This document shows, one piece after another, positions 33,580-41,525 of a stretch of 64,000 bases of DNA. The stretch is from a virus. The position numbers and the translations under genes are program-made. The stretch lies in IMG/VR virus record IMGVR_UViG_3300020048_000012; one strand, given 5' to 3'. Numbering within the stretch: the first letter of the stretch is position 1; each line of letters opens with the position of its first letter. The notes under the pieces are model-generated. The model worked only from the letters and a program-made list of their open reading frames with translations. It had not been told where the DNA came from and did not search any database.

Positions 33580-34081
33580 GAAGAATTGGTTTAAAATCGG
33601 TATGCTCTACTGAAACACAGTGGTATCTAGTATCTATACGAGATACGCCATGCTTATCGATGAGCATCACTCGATCACTATGAAGATGTCCATGTACATT
33701 TGCAGTAAATTTTCTGAAACTAGCTTCATGGATTGGAATGTGAGTCAAAAGCAAATTGCTCAACGAATAAGATCCATGAACATCTTCAAAAAATGGAGCG
33801 TATTCGTCCATTCTAAGATTATCATGATTGCCCTTAATGAGAACTTTCTTACCATTGAGTCTATTCATAATACCAATAGACCTACGATTCATGACAACAT
33901 CGCCAAGATGATAAACTTTATCTCCTGGTTTGACTGTTTCATTCCAAGCCTTTACCAATGCTTCATCCATTTCATCTGGATTAGTCCATGGACGCAATTT
34001 AGTGACACCATCAGATTGTGTAAATCTGCAAACGCCCATATGACCAAAATGTGTATCCGATACGATGTAAACTGCAGGCAT
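33533..34081 (-). CDS. calcineurin-like metallophosphoesterase
   Basis: SDTHFGH, YHLGD, IKGNHD, LTHIP, HGHLH. Confidence 0.9.
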   Translation of the reverse strand: MPAVYIVSDTHFGHMGVCRFTQSDGVTKLRPWTNPDEMDEALVKAWNETVKPGDKVYHLGDVVMNRRSIGIMNRLNGKKVLIKGNHDNLRMDEYAPFFEDVHGSYSLSNLLLTHIPIHEASFRKFTANVHGHLHSDRVMLIDKHGVSRIDTRYHCVSVEHTDFKPILLEHVIQKIAEERKNV

Positions 34082-34209
34082 TTTAAAATTTCCTTATAAT
34101 TCGTTTTATTTAATAAAATTATTATACCACGAAGTCTATTTAATGTACACCGTTTTGTGCAGTATTATTTCAAAGTGATAGTGTGTATATATCACTCAAG
34201 TGTTATAAG

Positions 34210-34301
34210 TGGCGGAGAGCAGAGGAGTCGAACCCCATCCCATTTCTGAGAACCTGGTTTTCAAGGCCAGTCGCAGGACCATCCCCGCTGCATTACTCTC
34301 C
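34210..34301 (-). tRNA. tRNA-Ser(TGA)
   Basis: CTGGC-CTTGAAA-ACCAG, long arm, G73. Confidence 0.9.
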
Positions 34302-34308
34302 GAATTTT

Positions 34309-34386
34309 TGGCAGGGGTAATTGGATTCGAACCAATGATGACGATTTCAAAGACCGTTGCCTTAGACCAAACTAGGCGATACCCCA
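34309..34386 (-). tRNA. tRNA-Gln(TTG)
   Basis: ACGGT-CTTTGAA-ATCGT, G73, CCA. Confidence 0.92.
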
Positions 34387-34592
34387 ACAATAGTAAAACA
34401 TTCATTAAACATTTTACTATAGCCCCTGAGAAGCAGTGGACCGGCACAAAGGCCGGCGCTTACTTCTCAGGTGACCATTAATCAGACTTTCGTCTGATTT
34501 TTAGAATTCACTAAATTTTTAAAGAGCGTTGGAAGTTTCCTTCCTTAGAGTGTATTATAACACCCTGACGATTTATTGTACACCGTTAAACA

Positions 34593-34622
34593 CAAAAGCC
34601 CCAATCTTTCGAGAGGGGCTTT
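34593..34622 (-). terminator. intrinsic terminator
   Basis: AAAGCCCC-TCTCGAAAGATT-GGGGCTTTTG on minus strand. Confidence 0.7.
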
Positions 34623-34765
34623 GGCGTGATCCTACTGATCTTACACTTAGCCCCTAATTATCCCAACCCTCGATCGAATGCTGAGGACGCGCATTAAATT
34701 TACTGGTCGTATAGACCGGCAAAGTTGTGCAGTTGGATAAGAGTGTATGTATTAACATTGTATTT

Positions 34766-34773
34766 TATTTATA
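34766..34773 (-). promoter_or_regulatory. late promoter TATAAATA
   Basis: Exact consensus overlapping stop of ORF 34769..34978. Confidence 0.55.
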
Positions 34774-34978
34774 CGTCGAGAACGGCTCCTGCGCCACTCC
34801 AGACAACTTTATTTTCGTCTTCGTACAATCTAAATTCATAGTCTGCAATGTCAAATCCAAACGCTTCACATGTCGCTTCAACTGCATTGACGCCGGGTAC
34901 GATGTCTTTGTACCAACCGACTTCAACACCTTTTTTGAAAACTTTTACTTTTGTCTTTTCCATTACTTGATCTTTCAT
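34769..34978 (-). CDS. hypothetical protein
   Basis: ORF track. Confidence 0.6.
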   Translation of the reverse strand: MKDQVMEKTKVKVFKKGVEVGWYKDIVPGVNAVEATCEAFGFDIADYEFRLYEDENKVVWSGAGAVLDV

Positions 34979-34987
34979 ATCGCGGTG

Positions 34988-34995
34988 TATAAATA
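34988..34995 (+). promoter_or_regulatory. late promoter TATAAATA for antisense endonuclease gene
   Basis: Exact consensus about 60 nt upstream of ORF 35055. Confidence 0.7.
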
Positions 34996-35054
34996 TAGTG
35001 TCTATCGCGATATCTCACTATCCATAGACTCTAACACTAACAAGGAGTGCCAGC

Positions 35055-35873
35055 ATGAATATTTATACAACCGTTCCATTTACATATTGCATACGATGGA
35101 CAGCCCATAACAAATGGTACTATGGCGTAAAGTATTCAGATGGATGCTCTCCAAAAGATTTATGGACTACATATTTCACGAGTTCTAAATACGTAAAAGA
35201 ATTTAGAACCGCGTACGGAGAACCAGATTTAATAGAAATTAGAAAAATCTTTGACTCAAAAACTGCTGCGCGCAAATGGGAAAATAAATTTTTATTAAAG
35301 ACAAAAGCCGGCAAGAATCCAAATTCCTTAAACATGGCAAACGCAGGATCGTTCGGTATCAAGATATTTAAACCAAAAAATCTTCCAGGGAATTCTGGAC
35401 CCACTGCAAAAATAAATCAATTAGAAGCGCGCACCATCGAATTGCTCAATATCAAAAAATCTTATATTAAGCAATCTAACAAAGGTCGACGGTGGGTTAA
35501 TTTCAAATTCGTGTTTTTCATTTTCTTCTTAGATGAACTAGAAAGATCTGAGTTTTTGGCACACAATCCAGATTGGTCGTTCGGAAGAAATAGTCAGGAA
35601 ATGAAATCTTCTATATCTAAAAAACTGACAAATGTAAGTAAACCAGTTAGATCTAAAGAACACTGTGAAAAAATTAGTAAAGCTACTAGAGGTAGTAAAA
35701 AGCCAAACTCTGGGCCAAAAAATTACATTCACTATAATAATGGCATCGATGAAATTTTGATTCATCGGACTGACGAAATTCCGAATGGGTTTACTATTGG
35801 AAGAATTCCAGGCAAATATGGAAATGCAAAATTTGGCAGAGATATGAATATATTACGCGATATGATCAAATGA
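35055..35873 (+). CDS. free-standing GIY-YIG-like homing endonuclease
   Basis: FTYCIRW...WYYGVK...YFTSSK...WE...LN; NUMOD3-like RSKEHCEKIS; converges on ligase 3' end. Confidence 0.78.
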   Translation: MNIYTTVPFTYCIRWTAHNKWYYGVKYSDGCSPKDLWTTYFTSSKYVKEFRTAYGEPDLIEIRKIFDSKTAARKWENKFLLKTKAGKNPNSLNMANAGSFGIKIFKPKNLPGNSGPTAKINQLEARTIELLNIKKSYIKQSNKGRRWVNFKFVFFIFFLDELERSEFLAHNPDWSFGRNSQEMKSSISKKLTNVSKPVRSKEHCEKISKATRGSKKPNSGPKNYIHYNNGIDEILIHRTDEIPNGFTIGRIPGKYGNAKFGRDMNILRDMIK

Positions 35874-37154
35874 ATCGGCTACATCCTGATCATATCTAAA
35901 TCCAGTGAAGACTGGGAGAAACAATGACCATTCACCTTGTTTATTCTGTATTTTTGCATTATACTTAATATTAGCAATCTTACCAATTGGAGTTGAATTC
36001 ATCATGTCTTGCCGAGTTGCGTCACTTAACCCAGTTCCAACATTGACATTTACGATGCCATCAGCTGATTGACATATTAGAGCCCCGAGCATACCTTTAT
36101 ATTTACCAGTACCCATTTGTATAGCAGTCACTAATAGTGACGCTTCTTCTTCACCTTTGAACTTCACTTGCTTCTTAGAGCGTTTATTCTCCCAGATCGC
36201 ACTAAGATCTTTAAGAATGATACCCTCAAAACCTGCGCTCAAATATCGATTGAACAATTCTTTGGCTTCTTCAATAGTATTGACATACGCCGTTTCAACG
36301 AAATTAATCTTTGGATTAGTCGGTAAGTCGACACTAGATAATTCATCCCAACGATCGCTATAGCGCGCGTTAAATTTTCCAGCTAAGAATGCATCATACG
36401 GAATGATATCCCAGATTTGAGCTCGCACCATCTTCGCCAATTCTGGCGTGATGGTTCCTTTATTAGCCTTATTGAGAATGCCATTACCGGTCTGACGATC
36501 AGCGATAGTGCCATCTTCATTTGCCACGAGTAATTCACCGTCATACACGACATTACGACCAAGCGACAGCCTAATAAATTCATCTTCAAGATTTCCGAGC
36601 AATTGGATCTCTTTGCCATTACGAGATCTAAAAGTTACAGCACCATTCAAGACGATAGCATTAAAGCGCATGCCATCTTCTTTTTTCTGTACGATCGCAG
36701 GAAACTTAATCTTATCAACGAGTTTCTGATCAAACGCAGAACACAGCATACATGGATAATCATGGATTAGTTCTGGCCAAACTTTGTTGAACGTTGACTC
36801 AGATGCGCCGCATTTAAGATCTTTGCCGATAATGCGTTCAATCACTTGAGCATTTTCGACTGAACAATTTTGCAAGATCCAACCAAGATGATTGATTGCT
36901 CGATTTCCAGTGATTTCTCGACTCGACAATTTTGAAAGTTCATCCATTGCTTCTGACAACGAAATGTCGGGAAAACATTTGCCTGCAGTGTAATCAGGAA
37001 TCTTTCGCACATAAAATTGCGTGAATGGATCGTACGCAAGAAATGCAACACGTTTCAAGAGTTCATTGCTCTTGTGTTTATTGAGCAAATCGATCTTAAA
37101 ATTGCGTGAGTTATTCTCACTGAGTTCATTCAAAATTTTATATACGCTAGTCAT
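35853..37154 (-). CDS. 30: ATP-dependent DNA ligase (gp30)
   Basis: QKKEDGMRF (KxDG), YDGEL, EGIILK, WENKRSK, LFLPVF. Confidence 0.95.
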   Translation of the reverse strand: MTSVYKILNELSENNSRNFKIDLLNKHKSNELLKRVAFLAYDPFTQFYVRKIPDYTAGKCFPDISLSEAMDELSKLSSREITGNRAINHLGWILQNCSVENAQVIERIIGKDLKCGASESTFNKVWPELIHDYPCMLCSAFDQKLVDKIKFPAIVQKKEDGMRFNAIVLNGAVTFRSRNGKEIQLLGNLEDEFIRLSLGRNVVYDGELLVANEDGTIADRQTGNGILNKANKGTITPELAKMVRAQIWDIIPYDAFLAGKFNARYSDRWDELSSVDLPTNPKINFVETAYVNTIEEAKELFNRYLSAGFEGIILKDLSAIWENKRSKKQVKFKGEEEASLLVTAIQMGTGKYKGMLGALICQSADGIVNVNVGTGLSDATRQDMMNSTPIGKIANIKYNAKIQNKQGEWSLFLPVFTGFRYDQDVADSFDHIA

Positions 37155-37394
37155 AATATTCCTTGTTCAATAAGAGTATTATACCACAAAGTCTAATTGT
37201 TGTACACCGTTTATTGAATTTTCATTATCTTTTCTAAAACGTCATGAGACTCTTTTAGATTAGATTGTTCCATTAATAATCTGTCTAAAGAATTTTCTGC
37301 TCGATTGAGAAGCCATTCGACATAGGTCATTTCTTCGTCAGTGAGGTGTCCCACCCACTGTGAGAACTCCTCATTAGTCTTGCAAAGAATGACC

Positions 37395-37862
37395 TTAAGA
37401 TTTTTTTCGTGATGTTGAGCCTGCATCCTTTTTTCCTTTCACTTCTCTGAGTGCTTCGGGTAAAATGCCATTATCGACTAGTAAATCGAGCGTAATGTTT
37501 TTATATAGTTTCGTCAATTCTTGATCTTTTACAGCAAGCAATACTTTTGCTTCATCGGGGTGAATGTTTTCAAGCAATTGGACGAAAAGTGCTTCACGGC
37601 GTGGTTGAGCCAATTCTTTTTGTGGAGTGAAGATATAAAATCTTCGAAACTCTTGTACAAAATTGCCAGGAGACATTCCTAATGGAGCTGCATCTTTCTT
37701 AAATGGTGGTTCACCTTCGGGCAATGCAAATTTGATAGACGGATCGAATGCATATTGCATCAAAATACGAAGAGCGCTATGCCCTTTATATTGAACAATA
37801 AGGTTAGGATCTTCGTTGATCTCATTCAAGATTTCAGTGATAAATTTTCTATTCGCGACCAT
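37395..37862 (-). CDS. conserved T4-like hypothetical protein
   Basis: FALPEGEPPFK...REALFVQLLENIHPDEAKVLLAVKD. Confidence 0.8.
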   Translation of the reverse strand: MVANRKFITEILNEINEDPNLIVQYKGHSALRILMQYAFDPSIKFALPEGEPPFKKDAAPLGMSPGNFVQEFRRFYIFTPQKELAQPRREALFVQLLENIHPDEAKVLLAVKDQELTKLYKNITLDLLVDNGILPEALREVKGKKDAGSTSRKKS

Positions 37863-37900
37863 AATGTTTCTTTCTTTAAACTATTTAATATGTATATGAT

Positions 37901-38794
37901 TTAAAAGTCTTCCAGAGAATTCAACAACTCGCGGCATCGATGTTTAATCAAATAGTTCATAATCGCAGTCTTATCTTTCTTCACAGTCATATTTTGATAT
38001 GTCGTAATGATTTCTTGTTTTAGATCGACTGGAATATGTTTGAAGTCGATAAGCTTTTCGTTACGATGCCAGTTACGGCGTTCTTCATCAGTCCTACATG
38101 CAGCAAAGCCAAGCTCAACAAATTCGGCAAGGCGCTTAGCAGACACCGGTTTTTGACGAACACCTTCTTGAAGGAAGATATTGTCCGGGCTTAAGATAGA
38201 AGGAATGCCATCGTCACCAGCTTTAACAATATGTTGAATGTGACCATTTGTCATATAGTCTCTTTCGCGAGGGATAAGTTTCTTAGTCTTTGTTGACCAT
38301 TGTTTGACATTATCAAAGCGATGCAGTTGCTTAAAGTCGTGGTCAGATGAAATGATAAGAACATCTTGTGGTTCTTCGATTAATCCAATTGATCTAAACT
38401 CGTTGTCTTGAGTATATTCAGCGAGCACAGCAATGATGTCATCGGCTTCAGCTTTATCAACACCAATGACTTTGTATGGAAAGTGCTCGGCTAAATCAAG
38501 TTTCAATTGATTGATAGTTTCAAAGATTAGATGAAATGGAAGACCAGATTCTTCGCGAGCTTTCTTACGACCTGCTTTGTAATATTGAAAATAGTCACGA
38601 CGCCAGTAATTGCGAGCGTCACATGTAATCACAATATTGCCATATTGCTTGCCATATTTTTTCTTATAAGATTGAAGCATGCTAAGAACGATGTGACGAA
38701 TCAGATCGACAATCTTTTCATCGCCACCTCGTAGTTCACGCTGGAATGAAAGAATCGCATTTAGCGATGTTTGGGAATAGTCAACGAGTATAAT
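37901..38794 (-). CDS. rnh: T4-type RNase H (5'-3' exonuclease), probable ATT start
   Basis: ILVDYSQ, YWRRDYFQYYKAGRK, AEADDIIA, IISSDHDFKQL, GDDGIPSI; SD GGAG 7 nt before ATT. Confidence 0.92.
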   Translation of the reverse strand: MILVDYSQTSLNAILSFQRELRGGDEKIVDLIRHIVLSMLQSYKKKYGKQYGNIVITCDARNYWRRDYFQYYKAGRKKAREESGLPFHLIFETINQLKLDLAEHFPYKVIGVDKAEADDIIAVLAEYTQDNEFRSIGLIEEPQDVLIISSDHDFKQLHRFDNVKQWSTKTKKLIPRERDYMTNGHIQHIVKAGDDGIPSILSPDNIFLQEGVRQKPVSAKRLAEFVELGFAACRTDEERRNWHRNEKLIDFKHIPVDLKQEIITTYQNMTVKKDKTAIMNYLIKHRCRELLNSLEDF

Positions 38795-38795
38795 T

Positions 38796-39197
38796 TTATT
38801 TCTCCTGTGTGAACAAACGGGCGATATCATAATCAAAGCGATCATGCATTCGCTGCAGGACTTCTTCAGGAACGCTATGAACATTCCCAAAAGAGTTTTG
38901 ACAAACAATGACAGTTGGAACAATGTCGAAGTTTTTAGCGATATCGAAATATGGTTTCAATTCTTTTTTAGTCGTAAATGTATTTGATACAACGACATTC
39001 ATACCCATCGATAGATATTTTTTGGTTTCTTCGCGACACCATGTATGAGCTTCGTTTAATTTACTAAGATTGAAGTTGTAATCTTGTCCCCAAAACATAT
39101 CAGTTTCAAGATGAACTGTGATTTGAGGTTTAGCAAGACTTTTTGCCAGAGTTGATTTGCCTGAACCTGGAAGGCCACGAATAATAATTAATTTCAT
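38796..39197 (-). CDS. P-loop kinase (AAA_33 / Pnk-kinase-like)
   Basis: IIRGLPGSGKST, VVSNTF, HSVPEEVLQRM. Confidence 0.85.
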   Translation of the reverse strand: MKLIIIRGLPGSGKSTLAKSLAKPQITVHLETDMFWGQDYNFNLSKLNEAHTWCREETKKYLSMGMNVVVSNTFTTKKELKPYFDIAKNFDIVPTVIVCQNSFGNVHSVPEEVLQRMHDRFDYDIARLFTQEK

Positions 39198-39242
39198 ATG
39201 TTTATTATACCATAAGTGCGAATTAATGTACACCTAAAACGC

Positions 39243-39273
39243 AAAAAGACTTGAACGAAGTCAAGTCTTTTTT
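39243..39273. terminator. intrinsic terminator (bidirectional)
   Basis: aaaaagacttga-acgaag-tcaagtcttttt perfect stem. Confidence 0.85.
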
Positions 39274-39287
39274 CAATTGGATATTTG

Positions 39288-39548
39288 TCAATCTTTGTTA
39301 TCGATGATAGTGATGTATAGAGACTCGAGTTCAGCCATCTCGGCTTGCTCTGTCTGGAAGTTCTGCTTGTAGTAGATACGAGCCATCTTCTTTAGATCTT
39401 TCTTCGACAATTCAAATTCATCGGCAATCGATTTGACGGCCTCATTGATAAAGTCTCGTTCACCTGCAATGCGAGTCATAGAATCGCTAATTTCGATAAT
39501 TGCATCTTTAATCTTTTTACGATCTGCTGGGCTGCTAATTTGTGCCAT
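39288..39548 (-). CDS. dsbA: T4 DsbA-like dsDNA-binding protein
   Basis: KIKDAIIEISDSMTRIAGERDFI...KKMARIYYKQNF pattern. Confidence 0.75.
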   Translation of the reverse strand: MAQISSPADRKKIKDAIIEISDSMTRIAGERDFINEAVKSIADEFELSKKDLKKMARIYYKQNFQTEQAEMAELESLYITIIDNKD

Positions 39549-39549
39549 A

Positions 39550-39786
39550 TTACGCTTTCAAAGTTGTATAATTAAAAGAACGCCATTCATTTTTATCAAG
39601 GTCGAATGCCTTAATATTATCACTTTCATCTTGTGGCGTATCACTTGTTTTAGGATGAAAGTCGATTGGAATAAGATTTCCATTTCGAGTGCAGCGCATC
39701 GTGCGATCAGTTCCATCTTTCTTTGCGAAAGTCACTGTCACTTCACCTGCACGCATTGCTTCTACTAATTCAATTTTAGTCATCAT
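39550..39786 (-). CDS. WYL_2 / SH3-like domain protein
   Basis: VTVTFAKKDGTDRTMRCT...AFDLDKNEWRSF. Confidence 0.8.
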   Translation of the reverse strand: MMTKIELVEAMRAGEVTVTFAKKDGTDRTMRCTRNGNLIPIDFHPKTSDTPQDESDNIKAFDLDKNEWRSFNYTTLKA

Positions 39787-39792
39787 ATATCC

Positions 39793-40424
39793 TTATTCAA
39801 ATTTACGAATTACATCGACTTTGATAATTTCCTGACCGCGAGCATATGATTTTGCAGTCGATTCAGATGGAAATACTTTACTAGTCGCATAACCCAATTC
39901 ACGATTAAATTCATCTAACACCATGAATCCAACTTTAAGTCCAATAGTTTTGCTAATGCTCATTGCATCTTCTGTTGTGACTTTAGCTCTAAGTAGTGCT
40001 GGCAATTGACGATCTCCTTGCATTGTATTTCCAGTTAAAAATTAATTATATCAAAGATACGATTATTTTGCAATCAAATTTTGTAAGACGAAGTGATTGA
40101 ATTGAATTGATGCTTCCATGACCAAACATCTTGCACATAGCACTTAAAGTCATGCATGCTAAGATCGACTTCACTATCTATAGTCCATTCCATCATTGCA
40201 ATTGCTTCATTGTAAGAATCGACAAAACTGACTGGTCGCAATACGTTGACTACATGATTAATATCAGCGCCCTTTTTAGCGCTTTTCAAGAGTTTTGACA
40301 ACTCTTTTACCATTGTTTCTCGATATGCGACCATAGCCTCGTCGTATTCGATAACATGTTTTTCGCGATTTGTTTTCAATTGCGTAAGAAGATCCGATAC
40401 TGCTACTTTAATATTTTCCATCAT
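39793..40424 (-). other. two hypothetical ORFs (39793-40023, 40074-40424)
   Basis: ORF track. Confidence 0.6.
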
Positions 40425-40541
40425 TTATCCTTTAGGTTCATACAATCGCACGTGCGACCTTGATTACATTTTTGATTGCACGCACTCTTTGGTGGAGGCG
40501 TGAACAATCGAATAAGAAACAGTCTTAGTCGATTAAGCATT

Positions 40542-41345
40542 TTATTTGCCAATCATAAGACCTGTCATTGTGCTTGGAATGATAATAGTTTGCACTTTAC
40601 CATTCTTAACACCTTCAGAGATATTCAAGGCTGCTTGGGCATTCATGTAAGCAATCGACTGAGTTGAATTAGAACTCAAAGCTGCCATGCGTTCAGATTC
40701 TTTCTTAGCAATTGCAACTTCTGTTTCTTTAATTCGTAGATCATTTTGTGATTTGACATATGCAGTCGCTGAAGCCATGATTTCTGCATTTGGAAGAATA
40801 TTACGAATTTGCACAACCGTCAACGTAATAGCAGTGTCGAGTTTTTCTACCTTCAATTGTTCATTGACAGCATTTCGAATGCTGACCTCAATGTTGGCGC
40901 GATTATCAGAAACTTCTAGTGACTTATATTCACGAATTGTTTTATATGCAGCGTTATTTACTAATGTAGTAACGTAATGATACATCAGGTAAGTATCACC
41001 TTCCTTTTCGTCATATGCGTGGAAACTCTTAGACTTTGTCGTATACAGTTCGGACACACTTGTTGGATTAATGCCATACACAACCGTAATGTCAAAGTCT
41101 GCAAGAGCGGAGTTGTCAGATGTCATTGGAGTTTTATTCTCCAGCGTCAAGGAAATATCCTTTGTTGGGAATGTCAACACATCACCGAGCATCGTTTGAT
41201 TCCAAGAGCCGGGCATCAGTTCCGCTCCCTGGACTTCTTTGGAAGTATTGACTCGAACACCGACTTCGCCGGTGGTAATACGAGTACACCCAGTAGAGAT
41301 TGCGATAGCTGCGACAAGGAGAGAAAGTTTAAAAATAGATTTCAT
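40542..41345 (-). CDS. SPFH / band-7 (prohibitin-like) lipoprotein
   Basis: Lipobox-like ISTGC, RITTGEVGVRV, coiled-coil C-terminus, KVQTIIIP. Confidence 0.85.
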   Translation of the reverse strand: MKSIFKLSLLVAAIAISTGCTRITTGEVGVRVNTSKEVQGAELMPGSWNQTMLGDVLTFPTKDISLTLENKTPMTSDNSALADFDITVVYGINPTSVSELYTTKSKSFHAYDEKEGDTYLMYHYVTTLVNNAAYKTIREYKSLEVSDNRANIEVSIRNAVNEQLKVEKLDTAITLTVVQIRNILPNAEIMASATAYVKSQNDLRIKETEVAIAKKESERMAALSSNSTQSIAYMNAQAALNISEGVKNGKVQTIIIPSTMTGLMIGK

Positions 41346-41348
41346 GAT

Positions 41349-41525
41349 TTAAAATAAAGTTACAAAAACAAACAAAATAACGACAGTAATAATAGCAACG
41401 GCTCCAGCATTAAGAATCATCTTAATTGCATGCCATTTTTCACCCGAACTCAAGTACTGCCATGACGCAATACCAACAATAAGAATTGACCAAAGAATAA
41501 AGAATACAAAAATCATTTTCGCCAT
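41349..41525 (-). CDS. small two-TM membrane protein preceding SPFH gene (58 aa)
   Basis: Manual translation MAKMIFVFFILWSIL...VILFVFVTLF. Confidence 0.6.
   Translation of the reverse strand: MAKMIFVFFILWSILIVGIASWQYLSSGEKWHAIKMILNAGAVAIITVVILFVFVTLF

Noticed and set aside
23700-34400. CRISPR array or mini-array among the repeats
   Set aside because: Repeats are inverted, not direct repeats with regular unique spacers; no cas genes; the Cas4-like exonuclease at 5495 is a common T4-like gene
38795-38923. 43-aa N-terminal extension of RNase H in the ORF track
   Set aside because: Lies inside the upstream kinase gene and is not homologous to RNase H; true start is more likely the ATT at 38794
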